DNA of 64,000 nt from NCBI GenBank assembly GCA_964247055.1, contig OZ176054.1, forward strand, positions 1,178,001 through 1,242,000, read 5' to 3'. Below are positions 44,121 to 58,449 of the stretch, piece after piece. The DNA comes from Paragordius varius. Taxonomy: Eukaryota > Animalia > Nematomorpha. The position numbers and the translations under genes are program-made. Numbering within the stretch: position 1 is the stretch's first letter; every line of letters starts with the position of its first letter. The notes under the pieces are model-generated. The model was not told where the DNA came from. It ran no database searches and worked only from the letters and a program-made list of their open reading frames with translations.

Positions 44121-47100
44121 GATCTCATATAAACAATCACTCTGATGTTGACCAAGATGAAAATGATGGAACTACAACTCAACGTGAAGAATATTCTTAT
44201 AAGAAATCATCCTATTATGGAACACATCCTTTTAAGACAGCCACAAATTTTATCAAATCAATCCCAAATTTATATGGTTAGCTATTTATTTATTTTTTTT
44301 GCATTATTTTTTATCTTATTTTGATTTTCTATATTTACGTTTGCAAGGTATCACAGGTGTCATTACTTTTTTGTCCGTAAAACTTCTCAGAATCCTGTTA
44401 TATCGATTTGGCTTTGTTTTCTTTCGCTTGCACATGTCTTTTCTTGGTCGCCCAACTTTTGGTTTAGAGTTTGGTGTATATTCAGTTTTAATTTTTTTAA
44501 TTTTAGCTTGTATATTAGTATTTTTTGTTTGGGGATTGGCGGCATATATATGGTTACTTTTTTTGTTTTTTCTTGGTCGACCTCTTTTTCTTTTTGGAAT
44601 TAGTTTATCACTTTCAACCTTTATTTTCTTAATTTCAATTGATTTTTTTGATTCCGTTGTATCAGTTTGAAATATATTTTCACAAGTATTTTGTCTCATT
44701 TCAGTCTTTATTGGTTTATAATTTTCTTTTTTTGACTCAATTATATTATTTACTTCCAATGTATTAATTTGAATCGTATTTTCACAAGTATTTCTTTTAG
44801 TTTCAGTTTTTATGTTTTTGGTAGGATTTCCGTTTCCTACTAATGTTACTTTTGGTGGTTGCATATCAGTTATAGGTGAATCTTGTTTAGGCACAATAAA
44901 AAACTTTAATTTGGAATATTCTTTTATGGATATCAAAACTTGTTCACTGTTTCTATCATAATGATATTTTATCCCATCCCATATATCATTATCTGTAGTT
45001 GGTATTGTTTGATAAATAAAGAAGCAATTTATCATTTTAGCGAAATACTGTGATTTTTCCAAATAATCGAATTTTATTTTTGGATAGTATTCATAATGGC
45101 TTTTAACTTTGATGAATTCTCCCGGCCGGATATTTTCAACTACGTAAATGAAAACAAGATTATCCATTCGAATGGCTAGGGAATTGTAACATGTTCTATC
45201 ACGCATAAAATTATCGGCATAGTTTTTATACACGCTAATATATCCAAAATTGTTGCTCTAAAAATTTTATTTTGTTAATAAAACTTCAAAAATAACGAAC
45301 GGGTATATAAAAGATTCTACTGATCGTTTGATAAAAGGGCCAATAATACTTCCTTTGACCAAATAATATTTTGCCACAGGATTTTGGGTTTCTTGATTAG
45401 AATATCTCATTTCAAAAACATTGTTTTCATTAATGTTGTAAGATACATATTTTATACTAATTTCTAATCTTTGATATTGAGTTAAAACTAAATTTTTAAA
45501 AGAAACAAATACCACTTTGATCCGTCATTATTGATTGATTTTTCAAAAGGTTTACTAAACTATTTATGCAGCATCTCATATTCTCAAATCTTTCGATATT
45601 AAATTTATCCAAAGCCATTTTTATGGAGCAGGCGATATCGAAATCAACAATGTTGATTGGCAAATAATTATCGTCTGCTTCTTTTTTAAACAGCTTTTAT
45701 ATATATACCCATAAAGTATATAAACCACTTTAAAGGCAACTCTTTACATTCAATAGGGCATTATCACCAATATACTAATTTCATATTTAATAATTGCATT
45801 TAAATGAAAATAAAACCAAAATCTTTTCTCAAATAATTTGTCCTAATCAATTTTTAGACCATAAAATTATATACGTTATATATATCAATTCCCTTAAATT
45901 TAAACTTGTTCGTCGTTTAATTTTTCAAATAATAGTTTTTAGTAGAATGATAATAAATGCGCTGATTAAATACAAATTCAATCTAGGGCTAGATATGTCT
46001 GAGGACGAAACAGCTGATCGCAGTCAACGACATAGGACACATCGTAATCGTCAATTCAACAATAATGAAAATGGCTCCTCCACATATGATTCCTTGTCTC
46101 TTTTATTAAACAATACTATCCTTTCCCCTTTGCGATTTGGGAAAAATTTGGTTTTTAATCTCATCCTTACCATCGTGTACATACTCTATTACCTGTTCCT
46201 TAAAATCCGTGATTACTTAGGTATTTATTAGTGAAAATTCAAAATTTAAAAATAATAATGTTTTTTAAGGAACATAGCTAATTACATTGATTTTACCGAC
46301 ATATATAAATACGAGTGATATAAATTTGAGTATTCAATCTTTATGACTTATTTTCAATATAAACCCGTCTTTTTACCTAAAAATTAATTAAGAATAAAAT
46401 AATTTAAATAAAAAATATTAGCCTTTTACTTTTATGTCTTTCCTGTATAGAATTAATTTTTAACGTAAAATTTTTTCCAAATATGGTTTGTTTTATCATG
46501 AATGACATTTTGTATAAGTTGGGACATTGGATAATATATTTCTCGCATCTTAAACAAGTTATTTAAAATATCTTTTTCAATATTTTTCAGGCATAATATA
46601 TTCCCCATTTACATCAATACTTTCATCCCTATACTCATATTATGCGGGTTATGGATACGGTAATATAAATGATCAGGGATATCGATATGGACAAAGGGCT
46701 TTGCGACAGGCTCAGGAACGGTCAAATGGTAAATTTAAATTTATTTTATTCCACCATTAATTTTTATTTTTTTATACAAGAAATATATAAAAATTTTGTT
46801 TATTAAATTAAAACGCATAGAAGATAGATTAATACTTTGATTTATGTAATTATAGATTGTAGTTTGGGATTAGGAAATGAGTAAAAGATATATAATCATA
46901 CCACAATTGATATTTTATAGGGAATGCGAAAATAATCATGGATCATAAATTATGTTTTATTAGTTTTTATTTTATGATTTGTTTTTAAACCTAAATTTTA
47001 CTTAACATTTTTTTAATTTATATTTCGGCTAAAGCTGGTAGAAGCCAAGTTAGTCATCAAAGGCAACATGGAGAAATAACACAAGATTTAAGCAAACTCC

Positions 47101-50100
47101 CCAAAGAACTTAGAAAATTGATGGAAAGTATGATTGTTTTCTAACTAAGAAACTCTTTATCATTTGGTTTATATTCAAATATCTGGCTTTAAAACAAATC
47201 CAAATAAATTTTAGCTACTGGTCCAGACGGTGGCCCCTCACTTCATGGTAAACAACCACATAGTACTGTTTTGAAGACTCAATCAGGGAGTCATCATGTT
47301 AAGAAAAGACTCCCTCACGATAAAATAAGCAAAAGGGAAGAATTGGAAATTCCTTCTGTATCCGATTATTCCGATTCCCACATTGGGAGAAAGGAAGGTC
47401 ATTTTTTGACTTTTTATGCCTGTTTGAAATTTAGTTTTTAAAAATTTATGTTTGTTATATGGTTAATTAAATTTTTTATCGCAATATATTTGAGATATGT
47501 TTAAAATGTTTTAACTTTAAACTTATCTAGTTGGCATATTTTATCGCATTTAAATTATTAGCTAATAAACTTTACATTTTATTAATTTGTAATTGTGTTT
47601 ACACCCTTTTTGGTATTTATAAACAAATATGGAAATATTCTAAGTTTTATTTTAATCATGGCTCTAATCAATCTAATTGCAATTAATAGTAAATACAAAT
47701 AATTGTTTTTTTAACATGATTTTATTACATAAAATTTTAGTTAATCGCATTCTAAGCATAAGGCTACAATAAAAATGGTTTTAGAAGCGGTTTAATTTCA
47801 AATTTATGGTATGTACTATCTTGTAAATCATATATTTGCTAAAAACATCTTTTTGTATTTTACCATAATTTTAAGTATATTGGTTGATTGAAAAATTGAT
47901 GGCAAATTATGATTTATATAGGATTAGGGACACTTTAAGACCATTTTTATCGCAATTTAAATCAGATAAATTTATTTAGTATTAATCTGTGTAATCACTT
48001 AATCACACAATATTTATTTTTTCTATAATATTAGATTATCAATAAAATAACTGCTTGTATGAGAACGGTCCAAACCGTTTTAATTTTACCGAAACTTTAA
48101 TTAATTGGACATCATTTTTAGCGATAGAATTATTTTTAACATTGTTTTGAATGATATAAGAAGGTAATTAGATAAAGATAAAATTTAGAGTAAACCTATT
48201 TTAAGACAAATTGAGAGAATTACGCATTTTAGCCTAATTTTTATAAATTAAACCCTATTTTTAGACATTGTTTCAATATAGCCTCTATGATTACCAGAAT
48301 GACTTTATTGAATGTTTTACCAATTTTTAAACATTTGCAATCCAAAATGGTTATATTAAGATTAATTAACAAGAACTTCATTGAAAATATTAGTTTTTTA
48401 CTTTTTATTTACTGACTTTTGATGCGATATAGATCAAAAAATATAAAAACCGTCTCTAATCCTGTATGTTTTTTAAGTTTTTTTCACGAAAAAGCTATAT
48501 ATCATCAAATAATTTTTTTCAATATTGTAAACGTTAAAGCACCTTTTCTAATCATATAAAAAATTTATCAAATCTTGTCTATCACTCTTTATATTTAAAG
48601 TCTATGTTTATATGTTTTTACCAAAGCATAAAATATGAGATTTAATCAAATTTTGTCATAAAATTAGCACAAAAGTATAGTCCTTCAAGTGGTACAAAAG
48701 TTGTCGTAAGTGGACGTAAAGGTATTTCTGGCTCCTCGACTAAAGCAGCAGCCGCCCGTTCAGGATTCACTTCATCATCAGAGGCTGAAGATTTTGACAC
48801 AACAAACGTTGTCCGTTCTAAAAGTGGGAGACGGTATTTACATATAATTAAATATTTTTTTGAGCATTTTCTTATATTAACCATTTGTAGTTGTTTTCGT
48901 TAAATTTAAAGTCTTGACATATTAAAACAATATATATTGGAACCGGAGAGGTTTAAAATTGTTCCTAAGACTAAAGGCGCTTTTAAACTGTATCTTTCCA
49001 AGTGCTCGTTTTTACCGTTAACCGTATTTTTTGGATCATCATTTTTGAATTATAGAACTTTATATATTAGTATAATCTATAAGTAAAATAATCAAGATAT
49101 TTGACCAAAAGATGAAATAAATCCTCTTCCAAATATTAAATGTTCTTTTGTTTAAATGTTAGTTAGCTGAAAGTATTAATGATTTTGTTTATATTTAGAA
49201 AGCCTGTCAAAGAACCCATTATAACGCCTCGAAAAGCTGCCTTACTGTATCTTCAACAGAGATTGGATCGATCCCGAAATATGGATTATCAAGATGATGG
49301 AACTTCTGGACTAAAAAGCTATAGTTTTGTCAAAAGTAATGTCTATCATTATGCTTAAAATATATATCAGTTTATGACGAGCCATATATAAATAGTGACC
49401 TCCCCTTTAAAAAACCTCAATAACGGAAATGAAATCGCTTTTTATATGTTTTGTGACTTTTTGTTTCGAAATAACTAAAATATTTTAATTTTAATATGAG
49501 ATGTTATTATTTTTCAAGCAACTATTAATGGTTTTATTCTGATAATTAGGATTTTACTTATGGAGATCTGAAAAGTGCCTAATATTTGGCATTAGTCAAT
49601 TGTATAAAATTAAAATTAAGGAAAAGAAATTTAATTTCCTCTATTTTTTATAATAATGTTATAATGTATGGATATGTATGGATAGGTCCAACCTCAAAAC
49701 ATCACCATGAAGAACATTACAGACCTTTGAGTACATCTGTAACAAGCTCACGTTATCCTTACCATGCTGACCGTTATAACGGTCGTCGCCAAAGTTATTT
49801 AGATTCTGTTAGTCCGTACATTTCTTCGATGCTTTCGGGCGGCCCGAATTACGTGAAACACAAATTGTGTGCTATGATGAGACCAGTTATCGATATGTTG
49901 GGCTTCAATAATAATCGAGCAGGCTTTTATGATGTTTCCAGAGGCGACCATGGGAGATCAGGTTATTATTATTATTAATAAAATTATCTTTAAACTTTAA
50001 TTTTTAGTTAGATTTTTGTTTAAAATGAATAAAAAATAAGAAAAAATATTAGTCATTTTTATATGTTTGGCCTTTATAATTTTCTTAACTTTTACTCTAT

Positions 50101-53100
50101 TATTATTTTGATAATTAATAATTAACTAGATCAAGGTTGTCTAACAGGCGTCCTTGGGAAATTCGGAAAAATACCAAATAAATATAAATTTCCTATCACA
50201 AAATCTTTTATAAAATTTAAGTTCCTTGAACAATTTTTTTATAATATCCGTTTGGTAACAAACCAGACAAAGTTTGGTTAAAAAAGAAGTTGTATTGTGT
50301 TTGCATTTTTTTGCAGTTTTATCTTCAAATTTAATAAAATTTATTATTCCACATATATATTTTTTAATGTTTGGGATAAAAATGCGAGCCAAGCCATTTT
50401 TTTGGACACTCAACTAGATATTGTAAATTTGCTTTTTATGAAATCTTTCTGATTTATAAACATTTTTTAAATGCCAAATTTAAAAAATTTTATATTTTTT
50501 TGAGTAAAATATATATTTTATCTGTTTTTTTTTTTTTCAAACAAATAAATTATGAAAAAGTATTCTTATATATAAAAAGTTAAAATTGTTTTATTCATCA
50601 AAAAATTATTAATACAGGTCAACGTAGCCGTTATTATGTGAACACTCCTGATGGGGGTCGCGGCGACAGTGATTATTATAGTGGCGAATATACCGATAAT
50701 AGAGGCGAGAGGACTGGTTTAGACCATACATGGCATACTCTCAGAAAGTGAGAATTATATATTTCACATAATTGGCAAAGTTTAAAAAACAAATGGTATT
50801 TCGATAAAGTTAATATAATATATAAGCTAGCCAAAAAATTTATATATATTATAGATGATATTTAAAGACTGTAGCTTATATAGTATATATGAAATATATT
50901 GATCATAACATAAAAGGCACTCTTTTTATTATTAGCTATTTTGTTTTATGTCTCTTATTTTTGAAAGCGAAACCAATTTATCTAAAATGGATATGTCACA
51001 AACTTTAATTATAATATTTTACCTGTTTAATTTTTTTTAGCATGTATCAACACAGACGCCATCGCCGTGATGGGTTGGGAATATGCAGTTTTCCTTGTCC
51101 TTTCTTACTCATCTTTTTCTTGATGCCTCTTTTGTTGGGTAAAATTTAGCCGTTTTTTATTTCATAACTTTACAGTAAAATCAAAATTTAAAGCAATGAT
51201 ATAAAAAACTATATTTATTCCCCTTAATCTTTTTTATATTACAACTATGATTATGATTTTTTCTTCTACTTTATTAATCAAAGAATATGATTGTTTTAGA
51301 AATAAAAATGTTTTTTAATTTTTTTTATTTCTAGGATTGTTAATGCGTCGACTTGGTTACAACAATCAATACTTGATGAACGAATCACCCATCAAAGAAT
51401 ATTATGGACCACTCAAAACTCGTTTAGATGATATTGTTAATGTATATAATATTGTTATTGCACATAATATTTTAAATTTATGAATTATAATGGTGATATA
51501 TATATTTATAACTTTTTTCTCTTTCGATGAACGAAAAACAGGATAAAATCTACCCAAATTTGCCGCATATGCCAACCCATCTGGCACCGAATTTGACTCG
51601 ATTAACGCGATTGCCTTCAGTTGTTTTAAATGACAGTTATAACTATTTGTCGGATACAGCAAAGCATCTCAAAGACAATCTTAACCCATTCTCCTATTAT
51701 TATACGTCTTCGGAAGATGGTATGTTTAAAATTACAAAAATATATTAAATTTTGATATTTAAAGTTTTTATCGATTTAATCGAGAGGTTTAAAGAGACCT
51801 AATATCAGCAAAATAAAAGTTTGCAATTTAAAAAGTCAAAAATATATTGGGGCAAATAAATTTATCTATAAGACAATATGATTCGGTGGTTTAAAGAATG
51901 CTTGATGATAACAAAAATTAGACCTTTATAGTTTAAGTTAAGACATTTTATCAAAAAAATCTTTCACCTTATATATACATATCTTTTTTATTCTAAGTAA
52001 AAATTAATGTATTTGTCATGACAAGGTATTGTGAAACGCGGTGTGGATTCATTGGTAAAAGAATTGGATTCTTTGAAGGGCAAACTCGAACGCTTGGAAA
52101 AAAATTATTTTTTGCCCAAAGATGAAGATTGGTGGAAATCAAAAGAGGGGTAATTTTTATGCAACAGAAAAAAAAATTTTATTTTCATATTTAAATTTAT
52201 GTTTACATACGATTTAAATTAATGACAATAGTCTTTTAGGACAACCATTTTTTACATAGACTTTTTAGCAATGAGGATTATATAATTTATAATTGTAGGA
52301 GAATTAAGGTTTAAAAGGTATTTTTTAAAAAAAAAACTGCCTTTAAATTTTTACTTGTCATAATTTATATATATATATATATATATAACTTTTTATTTCT
52401 TTAATACACAGAGACGATGATAGACCTGATATACGTTTATTGGTTGAGGATGTGGTGGATAAAAGTTTACATAAAATCACAGATAATAAATGGACCTCGG
52501 GCACAACCAAAACGGTCGAAAAATATTATGAAAGTTTGAATGGAATGTTGACGGATCTCAAGACGCGTTTTAAAGCACTGAGTGATCGTACTGAAGTAAG
52601 GAAATACCTATTTTTTGCTTTAAAGTTTTTACGAACTTTTAATCTAATTTCACAGTATGTGAAATATATTTACAGAGAAACCGTAGTTTTTTGGCTCGTT
52701 ACAAATAGATTTTAATTACATCTATTGAAAAAATTATAAATTAAAAAAACATAACTAATAAACTTTTATTTTTATATATGAAACTACACAATTTTTGTTC
52801 ATTGATTTTAAGTTAAATGATTTAACTGGTTATTGTGAAATATACCATTTATAATTCAAATCCACCCTAAAAATAAATTGAGTTTTTTTCGGCTATAACT
52901 AATTATTGATATAAAATATAATTATGGACTTTTTATATTATTTTAATTTTAATTTTTAAAAATATAAATAAATATAGTTAAGCTTATAAAACTTTTAATA
53001 TAATTAGGGTGTATTTGAATTGTTCAAGGGTGAATTTGAAGTGTAAAAGATATATATTGTATGTTACCAATATACATCCTATTTATTTCGCCACGCCAAA

Positions 53101-56100
53101 CGATATATTTTATTTAAAAAATATGATTTTAATAAAAATATTCTTTTTATATTTTTTATGTTGTTTATTGTAATTAATTTTCGTGGTACTTTAAATACTT
53201 TAATCCCAAAATATATTTATTTATATTTTTAGAAACAAGAAGAAAAAGTAGCCAAAAATATTGATGATTTGACCAAAACGCTCCTTTCCAACAAAAACAA
53301 ATTGGACCATCCTGCAATTAATGATCTCATACGCAGGTATCATTTATATACAATTATAAAGATTTATTTTACCAGATTAAAATAAAATTAATTGATTTTC
53401 GTTTACAGTTTATTTTGGATTTAAATAGGCAAAATGTAATATCTAAAAATTAAATTTTACGGTAAAAATTGAATTTTATGGACAAGAGGTAAAAATATAA
53501 AGACAAATATTTTTTTCTAAAAGATTATTTTTTAAAACATTAATGTTTCTTTAGCTACTGAGTTACAATTGAATGTATTAGTCTTAATTTAAAACATTGA
53601 GTTTAATTGATATAAAACTAGATTTAAAAAGTATAATTGTCTTTTAAAATATTTGTCTGTATATTTTTACCTTTTGTCCGTATAATTTAAGTTTTTACTG
53701 TAAAAAATAATTTTTTAAAGCCTTGTTTCACACATGATTTATCGTTTTGTCGAAAAATATTATAAGATGTAAATTGGTCAATTATTAAAAATAAAATAAT
53801 AATTAATGTACAAAAATTAAAGTTTAAAGAGTGTGGCTCTCTCCTTATTAAAATATTTATGTTTTATTATATAATATTTATACCGAATTATATAACATGT
53901 TAGAGTTGATCAACTTAATAAGCATTTTGAAGATCTTTCGGATCAAATTACGCGCACGAAATCAGACACGGAAGAATTGTCAAAATTTGCTTCAAAGTGT
54001 TGTAGTACCGCTTCTCCAGGAACTAAAAACACTAATGAACTTAGCGGTGGAGACATAAATACCCTGTTTTCTAAGGTAAATAAATTGTTTTACAAAAATT
54101 TTTTTATTCTTTTGAGGTTAAATTTATTGGTAGTTAATTAATGTATGATATTTGGTATAAAGATAAAATTGAGTGATATGGACGCCACAACAAAAGCCAA
54201 ATTTGTGGAATTGTTGAGGGAACATTTTGCATCGCATCACAAATTGGATGAACTCAAACATCTTTTATCACAAAATATTGAAAAAGTAATTTTAGTTTTT
54301 GCTATTCTCGTATTCCTCTAATGTATATCTTTAATTGCTTTTAAACCAAAAACAGATCAATAAGGATTTAGTTCATTTCAAGAATAATGTTATGACTGAA
54401 TTGAAAGATATCGATCGAACAGATCTAAGCAACACTGGAAGCCAAACCGGATCTAAAATTAGTGTGGATGATAGGGTATTTTGTAAATATTTTGCATTTT
54501 TCCCGTGTTATAATAAATGTATGAACTGTGTCACTTTTAACAGTTTGAATTATGTTTAGAATTTCCTAATCTTTAAAGTCAGAGGAATTAATTTTTAAAC
54601 TAACATAAGTAAAAAATAATATTTTTTTATAAATCTATATATATATTTTTCGAGTCTTTAAAATTTTTAAACTATAGTTCATGATTAGGATATTATTCAA
54701 TATTTTTTGGATTATTCCTTAATTTTATATGGATATTGATATAATTTTTCAAGTTGATGTTTTTAAAGTAAATTTGTTTTTATTTTCACTTTTTCGACCA
54801 TCCATTATTTCAAAGTTTACCAAATATATTCTAACTTAACAGAGAGTTCGTACCATAGTAGAAGAAATGTTGGAAAAATACTCAGCTGATCGCTTGGGGT
54901 TACCTGATTATGCGCTCGAAAGTGCCGGAGGTTCTATAATAAGTACGCGTTGTTCCGAAACATATGATACTCATTCGGCCCTAATTAAACTGTTTGGAAT
55001 TCCTATTTGGTATCAAAGTAATTCACCACGGATAGCTATTCAGGTATATCATGTCTATTGCTTTGAATTTTTAAGTTTTATTAATGTTGGCTAAATATTG
55101 TTCAAGAACGAAGTTCATAAGTCGACGGTATGAAAAATATAATGGGTGGATTATACTAATTAAAAGAAATGTAAATTATAATATAGCGAACCTTATTTTG
55201 TGAAACTAAAAACCGTAATTTTCTCCCCTTTATCTATTCTAATTAATTTTAACCTTCTCTTTATAAACGTAGGTGCTTATATAATTATTAAAATCAATGA
55301 TTATATTAAATTATAAATTGTGCAATCTATTGAATGTGGAATAATTAATATGCACAATAATTTTTGTCAATATTTGGGGCATAATCAAAAAACTTCCTGA
55401 CCCCTTCCAATGAGCTATTTTTAATAAATAGGTCCTAACAATTATTTTCTGATCATCATCCGTTTTTCCTTAGATTTTAAAATAGTTCCTAGTAAAATTT
55501 TATTTAAAAAAAATCATTTTAAATTATTCTAAAGCGTCATGATGCCGATATTGAGCTATGTAAATCCATATTTTCTTTTGCATCATACAGCCAGGAAATC
55601 AACCTGGTCAGTGTTGGGCTTTCAAGGGAGCTTCTGGATATATGGTGGTTCATTTAGCTGCTAGAATTAAGCCTACGGCTTTTACCATTGAACATATACC
55701 GAGATCGTTATCGCCTTCGGGAGATATAGACACTGCTACTAAGGATTTTAGTGTTTGGGTAAATGCTTTATTGAGAATTTATATTACAAAATCCAAATAT
55801 TAAAGATAAAAGGCTACCAACTATTTGTATTTAATAATATAATTTAAATCTAATTTTTTATTATAACAAAAATTAAAATTTTAATAAACATAGAAGTTAA
55901 GAGAAGATTATTTATTTTTTATTTAGTAAACCTGTTTTTAGACGTTAATTTATTTTTTATAATACCTTTATCGGTTTGTGTTCCCAAATAAGGGTTATTA
56001 TATTTCAGATTCATCATGTACAAAAAATAAAGAGGAAATGTAGAATAGTATTATATTTTTTATGTTTTTATATATCATTCAATTAATATCTAAAATTATA

Positions 56101-56577
56101 TTAGGGTTTACGTCATGAAAAAGATATTGACGGGGAATTACTTGGACGATATCGCTATGAAAAAACTGGTCGTCCAATTCAAACTTTTGCAACTCAGGTA
56201 ATATGCCACCAATTTTTTTTTCCCGACAGTAAAGAGTTATTGTTGACCTTTTCGCTATTTTAATTGGTCAAAATGATGATTTAGTTTATATGTTAGATTA
56301 GATATATTTTTATTAATTACTTTAAAATTATTTGAAAAATATTTATCTGTGCGAACAAGCGCTATTGCTTTCATTTAAATAAGTAATAAAAACAAACCCT
56401 CTCTTAATCCATAAAAAGAATGAAATTGCCAATAAATGCTCTTTTTACTGTATTTTAAACAAATTGTAGAATCCAACGTCGGAACATTTCGATTTCGTGG
56501 AACTCAAGATTGAAAGTAATTGGGGAAATCCAAACTATACGTGTCTTTATAGATTTAGAGTTCATGGAGAACCTTAG
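44121..56577 (+). CDS. SUN-domain inner nuclear membrane protein (SUN1/2, UNC-84/klaroid-like), about 20 exons; 5' exon(s) not located
   Basis: In-frame exons run from 44121 (phase-1 start, so the start codon is upstream) through hydrophobic segments (46150-46220, 51090-51140) and a likely coiled-coil region. The SUN domain reads [28 protein letters not shown]|[35 protein letters not shown]|G..LGRYRY..IQTF..|[26 protein letters not shown]. Confidence 0.92.
44316..45528 (-). CDS. Nested antisense gene of ~390 aa: degenerate PR/SET-like domain followed by a basic tail with AT-hook-like motifs
   Basis: ATG 45528 plus introns of 25 nt (45488-45512) and 27 nt (45258-45284) joins ORF 45267..45515 to ORF 44316..45233. 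The product reads [52 protein letters not shown] (compare PR domain KGT.FGPF..NWMRYV..NL.A....I.Y...I.PGEEL.VWY), then KRKRGRPRK and KVGRPRK. Confidence 0.7.
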
Positions 56578-57689
56578 ATATAGCAACTCTTACTTACACA
56601 ATAATACATTTATTTTATTCTTCTGGATTACCATAGCGACTGACAAAGATTAAATGACACATATCTACCTTCATCATTTTCAAAATTTGAGCTTTTTTAA
56701 TTTTTAGAACTCATGTTAAATATAAAATATATATATGCCTGAAAAATTGATCTGTTAAATTCAATCCAAAAATCTCCATATATTAAATGGTAAAAATGCT
56801 CTCTATAAATGCCTTAATTACAAATAATCAAAACTTATTATGCAATATATCTTTCCATAATCTTAAAATACATAAGTTACAACTTTTATCCTATATATAA
56901 ATACGATATTATATATGCAAATTGTTCTTGAGTTTTAGCATAGATATGATAAATACAAATTATAAATATTAAATACATGTCATGTAATAATGTGTCTACT
57001 GTAATTATATAAATTAAACTTGAATTTAGTATAAAGTAAATGTAATATATAGATATAAAAATGATATTATTTGAATATTTTATGATTATATTTTTTGACT
57101 TCACTTATCAGATTTTTTATGAATTAAGGATTTGGATTGTTGCCTTATCTAGACGATGAACGACAGTTAGCAATTTTAATTTTTACGAAATAATAATAAA
57201 AAGATATGTTAAGTATATATCATTCCTCCAATGAATGCGTGTTTGTTACGTTTCTCTGCTTTACTTTTTCTGGCTATTCATATCTTTTTCTAATGAGTTT
57301 CCTCTTATTACACAAACATTGACTTTTTGCTTAATGATTATACCAAATATTAGTGTTTTTCTATTAGAAAAATAGTATTAAATACCTTCTCAAGCGTCGC
57401 TGGGACTTAGATACCAAATAAATTAATTATATTTTATTTTTGTTAGGAAACAAAACTGTTTAATAATAATCATAGAAACGATTTTTTTCGATGGCATAAT
57501 TTAGGGTGGGGCCTACCCAGCAACTAATTATAAAGGCGCTCAGTGAAAACATTTGCCATTTTTATGAATATATATTTCATATAATCTCAGAAGTTTTTCC
57601 GAAAAGTTGCTATAAAGTGCGCGTCATTTTTATATGGTTGCGTATTTTGCAAGCGTCAAGGTCTACTCACTGTAAAAGGACTGGCTTTA

Positions 57690-57930
57690 AACTATTATTT
57701 TTGGACTGCTAAAAAATGTCATTTTACGGGGGGCGGCCATAATTGGGGACTAATTCAAAAAAGTAGACTATGCATTCGTAAGAAAAAAACATGTTTAATA
57801 ACGAATTTAAATAATTTACTTATGAAAGATTGTCTTAACACAATCGGAGCAATCAAAAACCATCTATTTCAAAACTTACCTAGGCGTAACTGAGTTCTAA
57901 TTCAAAAAAAGTGGCTCTACTATACCCGAA
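57690..57930 (+). mobile_element. Possible highly decayed Tc1-like transposase C-terminal remnant
   Basis: Frame-shifted pieces WGLIQK..ELK..L..FQNLPRR...I.KK..ST.Y recall Tc1 ENLWG..K..EL..SMPRR..AVI.AKG..TKY. The match is weak. Confidence 0.3.
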
Positions 57931-58449
57931 ACATTAAAGGATATTCATTCCACTTTTGAAATTGAATGGCATGTCGTAAAAAGGTAAAGACAACATTTCA
58001 CATTTTCATCAATATATTTTGATGTTCATGTGTCTATATTTTTTTACATATCAATATAATTAGGCTATCTGAATTTGCACCTAAAAGATTGGTATCGAAA
58101 AATTATTCGTGATTAAAGAATAACGTACCGAACTATATTTTTTAGAAAATTTCAAGGCGGTTTTTGAAATGTGGATTTAGAACATATGATTTCGGTTTCA
58201 TTAGCATATACCTTTTCTGAGTTTAAGATGTCATTAAATAAAAACATTATGTGGATTTTTACCATTTTTCATATTCTCTCGTTGACCTTGAAATATTTCC
58301 GTCATTAAATGACTTAATCTTACCTTGTTAAAATTTTGACCCAATGTATCAGATCAGGTAAAAAAACTAAGTTTATCAATAAATATTTTGCATTTGACTG
58401 GCACCTCTTTTTATATTAGATATCAAATATAATTATTACATTGAATGCT

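Noticed and set aside
44299-44670. Hydrophobic plus-strand 123 aa ORF resembling a membrane protein
   Set aside because: It is the antisense shadow of the Lys-rich tail of the nested minus-strand gene; AAA codons read as Phe/Leu on the other strand.
48642-48884. Minus-strand 80 aa ORF
   Set aside because: It is the antisense shadow of a SUN-gene exon (48668-48833) that splices in frame with its neighbours on the plus strand.
55528-55589. Possible 25-nt cassette exon plus 31-nt intron just before the SUN PGNQPG exon
   Set aside because: Direct joining of SPRIAIQ|PGNQPG already matches the SUN consensus and inclusion would shift the frame. It needs RNA evidence.
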